64,000 bases of DNA from contig QKMY01000020.1 of assembly GCA_003242895.1 (NCBI GenBank), positions 2,965 through 66,964 on the forward strand, given 5' to 3'. The stretch comes from Candidatus Margulisiibacteriota bacterium. Lineage in GTDB: Bacteria > Margulisbacteria > Riflemargulisbacteria > GWF2-39-127. Numbering within the stretch: position 1 is the first letter of the stretch; each line of letters begins with the position of its first letter. The translations under genes and the position numbers were made by a program. The notes under the pieces are model-generated. The model searched no databases and was not told where the DNA came from. It saw only the letters and a program-made list of their open reading frames with translations. This document shows positions 49,011 to 59,047 of the stretch, piece after piece.

Positions 49011-50045
49011 ATGCACATACATACACACACCGTAGTTCTGGGAACAGATTTTAACGCCACGCCAATTGAAACAAGAGAAAAACTTGTTTTTTATTCACAT
49101 AATAAAGAAAAATTTTTGAAATCCATTGTTAGCCCGGAGACTAAAATCACCGAAGCTGTTGTTCTATCAACATGCAATAGAACAGAATTTTATTTTGTCA
49201 CCCAAGATACCGATTATTCTACCAATAGTCTGTTAAACGCCATTTCGAGTTATTGCGGCATTGAATATTCCTTGCTGGCTAAAATATTTTATAAGTATAC
49301 CTGCGAAGCAGCGGCAGACCACCTTTTTCGTGTAACTTCAGGTCTCGAATCTATGGTCATTGGAGAAAATGAAATATTAGGACAAGTAAAGGAAGCTTAC
49401 CAAATAAGCGTTTGCGCAGGATGCAGTGGAGCATTTCTTAAAAAGTTATTCGAGAAATCCTTTTCAGTGGGAAAAAATATTAGAACAAAAACAGGCATCG
49501 GCAAAGGCGCATATTCGGTGTTTTCCGTATCCTACGACCTGATACAGAAACATACCGTAAATTTACCGGCAAAAAAAATACTGATAATTGGGCTAAGCAA
49601 GATGGGCTTCGGATTATTGAACAGGATAAAAAAAGATAACAATACCATAGTAACCATAGCGAATAGAACTATTAAAAAATCCGAACATTTCAGCAAATAC
49701 TATAACTGTAACTATATTCGATATGAACAGATCTACGATCATCTAGATGAATATAACATTGTAGTTGCCGCGACCGCATCCCCGTCGCATATAATTAATT
49801 ATGACAACCTGTATGGACGTCATTTCAAAACACCTGTAACGTTTATAGATATGGGAGTTCCGAGAAATATTGATCCAGAGATTGACGGCATAGCTAAAAT
49901 TACTTTATTTAACATAGATGATCTTAAAAAAATATCAGAGGATACGTTAAAAAAACGAACTTCAGAAATAGATAAAGTTGTAGAAATAATAAATAAGTCT
50001 GTTGGCTCGTACACCAAATGGCATAAGGAAAAAGTACTCATATGA
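49011..50045 (+). CDS. hemA: Glutamyl-tRNA reductase (short form)
   Basis: LSTCNRTE, HLFRVTSGLESMVIGENEILGQVK, IANRT, DMGVPRNID. Confidence 0.93.
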   Translation: MHIHTHTVVLGTDFNATPIETREKLVFYSHNKEKFLKSIVSPETKITEAVVLSTCNRTEFYFVTQDTDYSTNSLLNAISSYCGIEYSLLAKIFYKYTCEAAADHLFRVTSGLESMVIGENEILGQVKEAYQISVCAGCSGAFLKKLFEKSFSVGKNIRTKTGIGKGAYSVFSVSYDLIQKHTVNLPAKKILIIGLSKMGFGLLNRIKKDNNTIVTIANRTIKKSEHFSKYYNCNYIRYEQIYDHLDEYNIVVAATASPSHIINYDNLYGRHFKTPVTFIDMGVPRNIDPEIDGIAKITLFNIDDLKKISEDTLKKRTSEIDKVVEIINKSVGSYTKWHKEKVLI

Positions 50046-50947
50046 AACACTTGTTGAAAATAGGTACCCGAGGTAGTGCACTGGCCCTGCGGCAGACCCA
50101 AATAATAGAAGGACTCCTCCACCCCTGTAATCCGGATCTTGAGATAAAAAAGATCATTATCACTACGTCGGGAGATCGGGATAAAACAACACCATTAAAC
50201 CAAATCGGTGGTAAAGGAATATTTATTAAAGAACTCGAACAAGCACTTTTAACCGGAGAAATAGACTGCGCTATTCATTGTTTTAAGGATATTACTGCTG
50301 CTATGCACCCTTCACTTGAACTCTGCGCATTTCTTCCGCCTGAATCCTCTGCCGATGTTCTTGTCTCCCAAAACAACCGGCGATTGATCGATCTGCCGGC
50401 AGGTTCACGTATTGCGACAAGTAGTATGCGACGTAAAATTCTGGCTGAGAGAATCCGTCCGGATATAAATACAGTCGAGGTTAGAGGAAATGTTGATACC
50501 CGATTGAAAAAAATTGACAATAACGAATTTGAAGGAATAATCTTATCAGAAGCCGGGCTTATCAGACTCGGCATGCAGGCAAGAGTTGCAGAGCGATTTA
50601 ATCAGGATGAGTTCCCTCCAGCCCCAGGACAGGGAGTATTGGCAATACAGGCCCGAAAAGTCGATACTTTAAATAAGGATATACTTACTGCGATAAATGA
50701 TCGCGAACAGGAACTTAAATCAAGGATGGAAATGCGATTTCTGGAAATTGTAGGATTTGATTGCAATGTCCCGTTAGGCCTCTTCACAACAACAAACGAA
50801 GAAAGCATCACTATGAAAGGATTTATTTCAGATATCTCAGGATCACGGTTCCATGAATCATTTATTACTGGAGCTAAGTCGCATAGCATAATGCTTGCAG
50901 AAGAATTGGGCAGAAGATTTCTATCATGGCGGAAAAACCTATCATGA
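50042..50947 (+). CDS. hemC: Porphobilinogen deaminase
   Basis: IGTRGSALALRQ, GKGIFIKELE, HCFKD, TSSMRR, RGNVDTRL, PAPGQG. Confidence 0.96.
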   Translation: MKHLLKIGTRGSALALRQTQIIEGLLHPCNPDLEIKKIIITTSGDRDKTTPLNQIGGKGIFIKELEQALLTGEIDCAIHCFKDITAAMHPSLELCAFLPPESSADVLVSQNNRRLIDLPAGSRIATSSMRRKILAERIRPDINTVEVRGNVDTRLKKIDNNEFEGIILSEAGLIRLGMQARVAERFNQDEFPPAPGQGVLAIQARKVDTLNKDILTAINDREQELKSRMEMRFLEIVGFDCNVPLGLFTTTNEESITMKGFISDISGSRFHESFITGAKSHSIMLAEELGRRFLSWRKNLS

Positions 50948-51579
50948 ACTATTACCCAATCAACATCAACGTTACCGGAAAAACTTGTTTGGTCGTCGGA
51001 GGCGGCACGGTAGCGCTCCACAAAGTAATAAGTTTACTTGCCAATGGAGCCTTAGTGGATGTGGTCTCCGAGACTTTTACAAAAGAGTTTAAAAAACTAC
51101 GAAACAAAAAAAACATTAATCTTCTCTATAAAAGTTTTGATCAGGCTATTCTATTTCAAAAAAAGTATTGTCTCGTGTTTGCAGCAACAGATAATTACCA
51201 ACTCCATCAAACCATCTCAAGCCTTTGTACTGAACACAACATCCTTTGTAATGTTGTGGACGATCCTCAGCTATGCAATTTTATTGTACCGGCGGTCCTT
51301 ATCCGCGGTCCGGTCACCGTATCAGTTTCCACTGCCGGAGCCAGCCCCTACCTTGCTAAAATTATTAGAGACAAAATCGGTGAGCACATAGGCAAAAACT
51401 ATGGCATGCTTGCTATTTACTTGAAAAGCTTGCGTCCCGTAGTCAAGGACCGATACCCGTCCCAAAGTAAACGGAAGTATTTTTGGGACAAATTTTTTGC
51501 CCTCGACCCGTTAAATATCGTCGAAACTTCTGGTATCGCCGATTTAGAAACAAAAGCTAAGAGGTTGCTCGATGAATAA
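50944..51579 (+). CDS. sirC: Precorrin-2 dehydrogenase, possibly also sirohydrochlorin ferrochelatase (SirC/Met8/CysG-N)
   Basis: VVGGGTVA, AATD, NVVDDPQLCNFIVPA, STAGASP. Confidence 0.9.
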   Translation: MNYYPININVTGKTCLVVGGGTVALHKVISLLANGALVDVVSETFTKEFKKLRNKKNINLLYKSFDQAILFQKKYCLVFAATDNYQLHQTISSLCTEHNILCNVVDDPQLCNFIVPAVLIRGPVTVSVSTAGASPYLAKIIRDKIGEHIGKNYGMLAIYLKSLRPVVKDRYPSQSKRKYFWDKFFALDPLNIVETSGIADLETKAKRLLDE

Positions 51580-53050
51580 AGGAAAAGTATATCTTATCGG
51601 TGCCGGTCCGGGAGATCCTGAATTAATTAGCATGAAAGCCATGAGAATATTGCAGTCTGCTGATACAGTACTCTACGACAGTCTGGCAAATCATGACATA
51701 CTCTTGCTTTGCAAACCAAATGCCAAACTCATCAATGTTGGAAAACGAAAAGGCAACCATTCAGCGGTCCAATCGGAAATCAACCGAATGATATACAAAG
51801 AGGCAAAAAAGGCCAATATCGTTGCCAGGTTAAAAGGCGGCGACCCGTTCCTGTTTGGCCGGGGTGCCGAAGAGATGCAGTATCTTATCAAACTCGGATT
51901 AGAAGTTGAGGTCATCCCAGGAATCACCTCTGCACTTGCAGTACCAGCATACGCAGGGATACCGGTAACGCACAGAGAGTTGTCGAGCTCAGTAGCGTTA
52001 ATTACAGGGCATATGATGGAAGGAAAAACCCTCGACAACCTGAAGATACCCGCTGCTGATACAATTATTGTTCTTATGGGAATAAGCAATCTCGCAGAAC
52101 TGGTCGATAAGCTACTTACCCGTTCTGATTTTAATACAAATACGCCGGCAGCATTAATCCGCGAAGGGACGCTTCCCTGGCAAAAAACAATTATCGGAAC
52201 ATTAGGGAATATTTGCAAAAAAAAAGAAGAACAAAAACTAACCGCGCCAGCTATATTCGTTGTAGGTAATGTAGTAACGCTCAGAGAGTCACTGAACTGG
52301 TTTGAATCCAAGCCATTATTCGGACAACGGATCATTGTGCTCAGAACATTGGAACAATCAATGGAAATCACACAAAAACTTAATGATTTAGGTGCAACAG
52401 TAGTCAAACGTCCGATCATTCAAATCGTGCCGCTGAAAAAAAACCTGCAAAAATTAAAGAACCGGTTTCTGAATAAATTTACCATGATTATATTTACCAG
52501 CCCGAATGCCGTTGACCTTTTCATGAAACAGCTCTTCTCTAAAAATCTGGATACGCGTCAGCTTGCAGGGAAACAAATTATTGCTATAGGGCCCAAAACA
52601 TCAGATCATCTTAAACAATATGGAATTATTTCTGACAGCGTCCCCCGGGAATATATGGCAGAAGGAATACTGGAGATGCTCCCCCTGGACCTTTCCTCTG
52701 AAAATATTTTATTACCAAGATCAGCCGAGTCCCGAATGGTGCTCCCTGATGAACTGAAGAATAGACAGGCAACCGTTACAGTACTGGATATTTATGCCAC
52801 AATAAGCCCTGACACACTTGACATAGAGTTGAAGAATGATGACTATGTTATTTTTACGAGCTCATCTACAGTCCGGCACTTCTATGCGGTCCAAAACCCC
52901 GGCACTATCGATTTTACCGCTTTCTGTATCGGAGCAATCACTGCTGCTGAACTTGAAAAATTTGGACACAAGAAAATTATTGTAGCAAAACAGGCAACAA
53001 TTGACAGTCTGATAGATTGTATTCTGAACGTCAAAAGACCTACACTATAA
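51572..53050 (+). CDS. cobA: Fused uroporphyrinogen-III C-methyltransferase / uroporphyrinogen-III synthase (CobA-HemD)
   Basis: GAGPGDPEL, RLKGGDPFLFGRGAEE, IPGITSA; C-terminal FTSPNAV, IGPKT, FTSSSTV. Confidence 0.94.
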   Translation: MNKGKVYLIGAGPGDPELISMKAMRILQSADTVLYDSLANHDILLLCKPNAKLINVGKRKGNHSAVQSEINRMIYKEAKKANIVARLKGGDPFLFGRGAEEMQYLIKLGLEVEVIPGITSALAVPAYAGIPVTHRELSSSVALITGHMMEGKTLDNLKIPAADTIIVLMGISNLAELVDKLLTRSDFNTNTPAALIREGTLPWQKTIIGTLGNICKKKEEQKLTAPAIFVVGNVVTLRESLNWFESKPLFGQRIIVLRTLEQSMEITQKLNDLGATVVKRPIIQIVPLKKNLQKLKNRFLNKFTMIIFTSPNAVDLFMKQLFSKNLDTRQLAGKQIIAIGPKTSDHLKQYGIISDSVPREYMAEGILEMLPLDLSSENILLPRSAESRMVLPDELKNRQATVTVLDIYATISPDTLDIELKNDDYVIFTSSSTVRHFYAVQNPGTIDFTAFCIGAITAAELEKFGHKKIIVAKQATIDSLIDCILNVKRPTL

Positions 53051-53075
53051 TTATTGGAAATGGACAAAATGAATT

Positions 53076-54266
53076 ATGATAAGCATTAGCAAACTATGGT
53101 GCGATGAAGACTTCCCTCACAATAACCTGCGGTATGGAGAATCCAGGGATACGGACAATCCCTGGGGCAACATACCTTCGGCAAAAGAACGAAAACCGAT
53201 AATTGTCTGGAACTGTACAAAAAGTTGCAACCTGAAATGCGTTCATTGCTATTCGGATTCAACTGCGCATCACTACGAAAATGAACTCACTACCGCGGAA
53301 GGAAAAAATCTTTTAACCCAGTTACGAGACTTTGGCGTTAAAGCTGTGCTTTTTTCCGGAGGCGAACCACTGATGCGTTCGGATATATTCGAATTGCTCG
53401 GTTATGCATCAGATCTCGGATTACGCACAGTACTTTCTACGAACGGAACATTGATTGATCATAAGCTTGCCGCACAATTACGTGCACTTAATCCTTCCTA
53501 CATCGGTATTAGCCTTGACGGCATAGGAACTATCAATGACGATTTTCGGGGCGTAAGCGGGGCCTTCGCTCGTGCATCCGACGCCTTTGATAACTGCATA
53601 AAAGAAGGAATAAAAACAGGTTTGCGCCTTACTATGACAAAACACACTATCGCAGGCCTTGAAAATATTTTCAAGTTTATTGAAGAAAAGAACATTCCGC
53701 GAGTTTGCTTTTACCACTTAGTACCTGCAGGCAGAGGACAGTCAAAACACTTGCTGTCTGCCCAGGAATCGAGGATGGCACTCGACCTGATTATCGAAAA
53801 AGCCGAACAATATGCTAAACAGGGAATAAAAAAAGATATCCTGACCGTCGATAACCATGTTGATGGCGTTTATCTTTACCTGAAAATGATGAAAAAAGAC
53901 AAGAAAAAAGCAACGGAGATCAAAAAACATTTACTCTGGAACGGGGGCGGGCGGTACAGCACAGGAATCGGAATTGGCGAAATCGATTTTTATGGAAATG
54001 TACATCCCGACCAGTTCTGGATGCATTATACTTTCGGCAACATACGAGAAAGGTCTTTTGCAGACATCTGGACCGATGAACGCGATGATTTGCTTAGGGG
54101 ACTTCGTAACAGGCTGCCTCTACTCAAAGGAAAATGCTCCCGGTGTGCCTATGTAGAAATGTGCGGCGGAAGCTTGAGAGTAAGGGCCGAGATTATACAT
54201 GGGGACCAGTGGCAAGAAGACCCGGCCTGTTATTTATCTGAAGAGGAGATCGCACAGCATGAATAA
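53076..54266 (+). CDS. ahbC: Fe-coproporphyrin III synthase AhbC (radical SAM/SPASM)
   Basis: MISISKL, VWNCTKSCNLKCVHCY, RVCFYHLV, ILTVDNHVDG, VHPDQFW, SPASM cysteines. Confidence 0.9.
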   Translation: MISISKLWCDEDFPHNNLRYGESRDTDNPWGNIPSAKERKPIIVWNCTKSCNLKCVHCYSDSTAHHYENELTTAEGKNLLTQLRDFGVKAVLFSGGEPLMRSDIFELLGYASDLGLRTVLSTNGTLIDHKLAAQLRALNPSYIGISLDGIGTINDDFRGVSGAFARASDAFDNCIKEGIKTGLRLTMTKHTIAGLENIFKFIEEKNIPRVCFYHLVPAGRGQSKHLLSAQESRMALDLIIEKAEQYAKQGIKKDILTVDNHVDGVYLYLKMMKKDKKKATEIKKHLLWNGGGRYSTGIGIGEIDFYGNVHPDQFWMHYTFGNIRERSFADIWTDERDDLLRGLRNRLPLLKGKCSRCAYVEMCGGSLRVRAEIIHGDQWQEDPACYLSEEEIAQHE

Positions 54267-55290
54267 TCAACTTCGCATCCTGGCTTTAGAAGTCACCTCT
54301 ACCTGTCCCTTACAATGCCGGCATTGCAGGGGCTCCTGTACCCAACAAGGCATTACGAATGAACTCAATATCCATGAAATAGAAAATTTATTTGCCAATA
54401 TTTCTTCCTTTGCGGCACCACTGGTCATTATCACAGGAGGAGAGCCTTTGGCAAGAAAAGACATATTTGACATAATAGAAATCGGCAACAAATATAAGCT
54501 GCCGATGGCACTTGCAACCTGCGGCTGGTATATGGACCGGCAGAAAGCTCTGGCATTTAAGCAGCTCGGCATTAAAAGGATCAGTCTGAGCATGGATGCT
54601 TTTGACCAGGAAGGGCATGATGCATTCCGTGGAATTATAGGGTCCTATGCCAAAGTCAGGGAAGCTGCCGGAATTCTAAATGAGATTGGATTGGATTTTC
54701 AGATTAATACAACCATATCGAACCTTAATTGGCAGACAATCCCACAAATAGTTGATACGGTAACCGAACTCAAAGCGTGTGCCTGGCATCCGTTTATCCT
54801 TGTGCCAACCGGCAGAGGAAAAACGATTAATAACCTGTGCCTGGAAAAAGATCAATACCGGCAAGCACTGCTCTCCATTAAAGAATTACAGCACCATAGC
54901 CAATTACAGATCAAACCGACCTGTGCACCCTATTATGCGCGGCTTAACAGCAATAATTATAACAATTCTGTCAAAACAAATACGCTCCATTCATTTACCA
55001 GAGGCTGTCTGGGCGGCATTAATTTCGCGTTCATCTCTTCCCGGGGCAAAGTACAGATATGTGGTTTTTTGGATATTGAAGCCGGAGATCTCAGAAATAC
55101 CGGGTTTAAGCTTGATACGATATGGAACCATTCGCAGCTATTCACTCAATTAAGGAACCGTGATAACTACAAGGGAAAATGCGGAAAATGCGGATCGCAT
55201 AACATATGCGGAGGGTGTCGTTCCAGAGCCTACTATGAAACGAACGACTTTCTGGAATCCGACAGCTCCTGCTTTTTTCTTGAGGGCTAG
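54259..55290 (+). CDS. ahbD: Heme b synthase AhbD (radical SAM/SPASM)
   Basis: CPLQCRHCR, WHPFILVPTGRG, KPTCAPYY, TRGCLGG, ICGGCRSRA. Confidence 0.88.
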   Translation: MNNQLRILALEVTSTCPLQCRHCRGSCTQQGITNELNIHEIENLFANISSFAAPLVIITGGEPLARKDIFDIIEIGNKYKLPMALATCGWYMDRQKALAFKQLGIKRISLSMDAFDQEGHDAFRGIIGSYAKVREAAGILNEIGLDFQINTTISNLNWQTIPQIVDTVTELKACAWHPFILVPTGRGKTINNLCLEKDQYRQALLSIKELQHHSQLQIKPTCAPYYARLNSNNYNNSVKTNTLHSFTRGCLGGINFAFISSRGKVQICGFLDIEAGDLRNTGFKLDTIWNHSQLFTQLRNRDNYKGKCGKCGSHNICGGCRSRAYYETNDFLESDSSCFFLEG

Positions 55291-55294
55291 TAAG

Positions 55295-55741
55295 ATGGAT
55301 ACACTGGACAAAAGAATACTTAAGCTAATTCAAAATGACTTCCCTTTAAAATCAAGGCCGTTCCTCCACCTCGCTACGGAATTAGGTATCGCAGAAGACC
55401 TTCTTATTGAACGGCTCAAACGACTACAGAAGGAAGGCATAATAAAGTATATTAAGCCAATTCTTAACGCACATACCTTAGGATATACAAGTATCCTGGC
55501 AGGAGCCAAAGTGGATCCGGCTTTTATTGAGCCCATTGCCGCCAAAATCAATGCGATATCCGGTGTTACCCATAACTACGAACGCAATCACGAATTTAAC
55601 CTCTGGTTTACTATTACTTCGCCAGATAAGACAGAAATAGAGAAGCACATTGATACTTTAAGAAAACTGGAAGGGGTTGAGGCAATTATGATTCTGCCTG
55701 CAGAAAAAATATATAAAACGAGGGTCTCTTTTGCTATCTGA
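55295..55741 (+). CDS. ahbA: Siroheme decarboxylase alpha subunit
   Basis: IQNDFPLKSRPF, VTHNYERNHEFNLWFT; Lrp/AsnC-like fold. Confidence 0.9.
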   Translation: MDTLDKRILKLIQNDFPLKSRPFLHLATELGIAEDLLIERLKRLQKEGIIKYIKPILNAHTLGYTSILAGAKVDPAFIEPIAAKINAISGVTHNYERNHEFNLWFTITSPDKTEIEKHIDTLRKLEGVEAIMILPAEKIYKTRVSFAI

Positions 55742-56192
55742 ACAGGATAAGACAATACTTTCTCATATCCAACATAATATACCGCTCGTAAAAAAACCAT
55801 TTCAAAAGTACGCGGCAATTTTGGGGATCTCTCAGGAAAAACTGATCCGCTTGATATCTGGCTACCTGGAACATAAAATAATCAAGCGGTTTGCAGGAGT
55901 TCTTAACCACCATTCACTACAATTCGACTACAATGCTATGGTAGCTATACAGGTTAATGAAGATGATTGTGATAAATATGGGGAAAAATTAGCGCACTTG
56001 GAGTTTATCTCCCACTGCTACAAAAGAACCAGCGCAGAAAACTGGCCGTACAACTTATACATTATGATCCACGCATTAAATAAAAAAGATTTTGATATAA
56101 AATTATCAGTAGTCACCGACACTGTTAACTATTGTGCTATTCAAGTGTTACCTTCAGCAAAAGAGTTCAAGAAATGCAGTTTTTCTATCTGA
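55731..56192 (+). CDS. ahbB: Siroheme decarboxylase beta subunit
   Basis: IPLVKKPF, NAMV, ISHCYKR, WPYNLYIMIH, EFKK. Confidence 0.9.
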   Translation: MLSEQDKTILSHIQHNIPLVKKPFQKYAAILGISQEKLIRLISGYLEHKIIKRFAGVLNHHSLQFDYNAMVAIQVNEDDCDKYGEKLAHLEFISHCYKRTSAENWPYNLYIMIHALNKKDFDIKLSVVTDTVNYCAIQVLPSAKEFKKCSFSI

Positions 56193-56194
56193 TA

Positions 56195-57490
56195 TCAACC
56201 AACACTATTAATTATGCTTCCGATAATTCTAACTGCTTTGTTTAATTCTTGCTCTGAATGAACAGTAGAAATAAAATTCGCTTCAAATTGCGACGGGGAA
56301 AAATAAAGGCCGCGAGACAAAGCTGCCTGATAGAAATCAGCAAACCTTGCAGTATCACATTTTTTTGCATCCTGGAAATTTGATACGCTCCGGCTTGAAA
56401 AAAACATAGTGAACATTGAACCTATCGAGTTGATTTGGATTTCTTTGCCTTTTATTATCTCTTTCAGTGATGCAATAAAATACGCTGTCTTTTGACCAAG
56501 TTCTTCATAAAAACCTTTTTTTTGCAACGCTTTAAGAGTGGCAATTCCAGCGGCCATAGCTATGGGATTACCAGATAACGTCCCGGCCTGATAAACAGGT
56601 CCGAGTGGAGCAAGCATCGACATCAGTTCTGTACTACTTCCGTATGCACCCACCGGAAACCCTCCGCCAATTATCTTACCCAAACAGGTTATATCAGGAG
56701 TAATCCCGAAATATTCCTGCGCACCACCATATGCCAATCTAAATCCGGTAATTACCTCATCAAAAATAAGGAGAATCCCATAAGTCCGGGTAATAGCTCT
56801 CAATTCAGAAAGAAACCCCGGATTTGGAAGCACAACGCCCATGTTAGCAGGCACCGGCTCAACAATGACAACTGCAATGTCATTACGATATTCTTCGACT
56901 ACTCGCTTAAAGGCATTCAAATCATTAAAGGGAATGCTAATTGTTTCTCTAATAAATTCTTCTGGTACACCTGCAGAAAACGACATACTCGCGGTAGCCA
57001 TACCTGATCCGGCGGATACCAGAAGACAATCTGCATGTCCATGGTAACATCCGTCGAACTTAACGATTTTCTTTCTTTTTGTAAAAGCCCGGGCCAACCG
57101 TATCGCACTCATAACCGCTTCTGTACCGGAATTAACAAATCTGACCTGTTCAATAGACGGAACAGCCGCGACTACCATTCGGGCTAGAGTTGTTTCATTC
57201 TTGTGACAGGCACCAAAGCTGGAACCGCACTTGACACTTTTCCATACCGCATTAGTAACCGAATGATTAGTATGCCCCAAAATCAGCGGTCCCCACGATG
57301 CGCAAAAATCTAAATATTTGTTCCCATCCAAATCAAAAAGGCGACTTCCCTTCCCTTTTTCAATCATAGGGGGAGTACCTCCAACGTCTTTGAAAGACCT
57401 CACAGGACTATTAACTCCACCAGGCAAGTACTTTTGAGCTTCTTGAAATGCCTTGTTAGATTTAACTAAGCTAAACTTCTTATTTTTCAT
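56195..57490 (-). CDS. hemL: Glutamate-1-semialdehyde 2,1-aminomutase
   Basis: PGGVNSPVR, SWGPLILGH, FVNSGTEA, FDEVITGFR, LGKIIGGG, YQAGTLSGNP. Confidence 0.97.
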   Translation of the reverse strand: MKNKKFSLVKSNKAFQEAQKYLPGGVNSPVRSFKDVGGTPPMIEKGKGSRLFDLDGNKYLDFCASWGPLILGHTNHSVTNAVWKSVKCGSSFGACHKNETTLARMVVAAVPSIEQVRFVNSGTEAVMSAIRLARAFTKRKKIVKFDGCYHGHADCLLVSAGSGMATASMSFSAGVPEEFIRETISIPFNDLNAFKRVVEEYRNDIAVVIVEPVPANMGVVLPNPGFLSELRAITRTYGILLIFDEVITGFRLAYGGAQEYFGITPDITCLGKIIGGGFPVGAYGSSTELMSMLAPLGPVYQAGTLSGNPIAMAAGIATLKALQKKGFYEELGQKTAYFIASLKEIIKGKEIQINSIGSMFTMFFSSRSVSNFQDAKKCDTARFADFYQAALSRGLYFSPSQFEANFISTVHSEQELNKAVRIIGSIINSVG

Positions 57491-57495
57491 AATAA

Positions 57496-58470
57496 TTAAC
57501 TCTCTCTCAATGCCCTTACAGCATCCTTAGCATAATAGGAAATGATATAATCGGCTCCGGCACGTTTAATGCCGTACAGCACTTCCAACATCGAACAGGT
57601 TTCATCGACCATACCGGCAGCAGCAGCCAGTTTGATCATCATATACTCTCCCGAAACGTGATAAGCTGCCAGCTTGATTTCTGGCAAGGAACTTCGTAGT
57701 AACTGAATAATATCCAGATAAGTATGGGCCGGCTTAACCATTAGCCAATCCGCTCCCTCCTCAAGGTCTGCCATGGCTTCAGCTAGTGCCTGATCCCTTG
57801 TTCTATAATCCATCTGGTAGGTTTTCCTATCCCCGAAAGAAGGAGTGCTTTGCACAGCGTGACGAAATGGTCCATAGAGATTTGAGGCATACTTCACAGA
57901 ATAAGAAAGTATTTTGGTATCTTTACAGCCATGAAAATCAAGAGATTGCCTTATTGCGCCAACCTGTCCGTCCATCATTGCTGAAGGAGCGACATAATCA
58001 GCACCGGCACCGGCATGAGCTACTGCCATCTGGGCAAGCAATGGCAAAGTCTCGTCATTGTGAATTTCCTGCCCTTTTACTACGCCACAATGCCCATGGT
58101 CCATATATCCGCACATACATACATCAGTAAATACGGTAACCTGAGGGTATGTTTGCTTAATAGCCTTGATTGTACGACATACAAGACCATCACTAGCATA
58201 AGCAAGTGTCCCCAAACTATCTTTCTGCTCTTCGTCAATAACACCGAACAACAATACTTTATTGATTTCTAAATCAATAAGTTCCTTGATATCGGCAAGG
58301 ATTCGGTCGATAGATAAATGAAAAACTCCAGCAAGAGATTTTATTTCTTGCTGGATATCGATTCCTTCTACAACAAAATAAGGATAAATAAAATCTTTTC
58401 CAGACAAAACAACTTCTGCGTACTTATCCCTAATATCCTGATTAATCCGATAGTCTCTTAACCTTAGCAT
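57496..58470 (-). CDS. hemB: Porphobilinogen synthase (Zn-type)
   Basis: DVCMCGYMDHGHCG, APSAMMDG, YGPFR, GDRKTYQMD, MVKP, YHVSGEY. Confidence 0.97.
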   Translation of the reverse strand: MLRLRDYRINQDIRDKYAEVVLSGKDFIYPYFVVEGIDIQQEIKSLAGVFHLSIDRILADIKELIDLEINKVLLFGVIDEEQKDSLGTLAYASDGLVCRTIKAIKQTYPQVTVFTDVCMCGYMDHGHCGVVKGQEIHNDETLPLLAQMAVAHAGAGADYVAPSAMMDGQVGAIRQSLDFHGCKDTKILSYSVKYASNLYGPFRHAVQSTPSFGDRKTYQMDYRTRDQALAEAMADLEEGADWLMVKPAHTYLDIIQLLRSSLPEIKLAAYHVSGEYMMIKLAAAAGMVDETCSMLEVLYGIKRAGADYIISYYAKDAVRALRES

Positions 58471-58480
58471 ATATTCAGAA

Positions 58481-59002
58481 TTAAGGAAAAACTATTTGCA
58501 ATCGTGATTCGTCAAGTTTGGTAACCTTAAGGCTTTCATTAAAATGCTTACCAACACCCTTGACTAGACCCATTAGAATATCGATAAGTCCACGTTTCGA
58601 TTGGTATTTCATTATCAATGTTTTGGCATCTTTCTCTTCATATTCAAATCTCGGAGGATGAGCGTTCGCAACAGTCATAGTTGTTCTCTCATGTACTTTA
58701 TCCATTGCCAGCAAAAATTCTTTCGCATTTTTAGGTTTCAAATAGTACGCACCATACATATTCTTCGCATAAACATTTACCCAATAATCTCCGAAGGCGT
58801 CGGCAGCTTGGGCTAGCGTTATCCCTAGTACCGTACAGGTAGCTTTGATCGCTGCCATTACCGCCGCATCATCGATATCTGCTGTTGGTAAAAACTTTGT
58901 ATCAGCAGGTAACCCTATTGATGTTAAAACCTTTTCCCACTTATCTTTCCCAAACTTTTCCACAACTAATTGTTCCAAACATATCGCAATTACACCTTTC
59001 AT
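58481..59002 (-). CDS. Stand-alone heme NO/O2-binding (H-NOX/HNOB) protein
   Basis: MKG start, FG.YW, proximal His in MDKVHE, PP, YxSxR (YQSKR), GLVKG..HF. Confidence 0.92.
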   Translation of the reverse strand: MKGVIAICLEQLVVEKFGKDKWEKVLTSIGLPADTKFLPTADIDDAAVMAAIKATCTVLGITLAQAADAFGDYWVNVYAKNMYGAYYLKPKNAKEFLLAMDKVHERTTMTVANAHPPRFEYEEKDAKTLIMKYQSKRGLIDILMGLVKGVGKHFNESLKVTKLDESRLQIVFP

Positions 59003-59047
59003 TTCAATCTCCTTTTTTATTTTATTTTTTTCTTTTACCCCAGCATT

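Noticed and set aside
51691-52419. 242 aa antisense ORF, and the many other short antisense ORFs in the track
   Set aside because: Shadow ORFs opposite well-supported genes, with no family motifs
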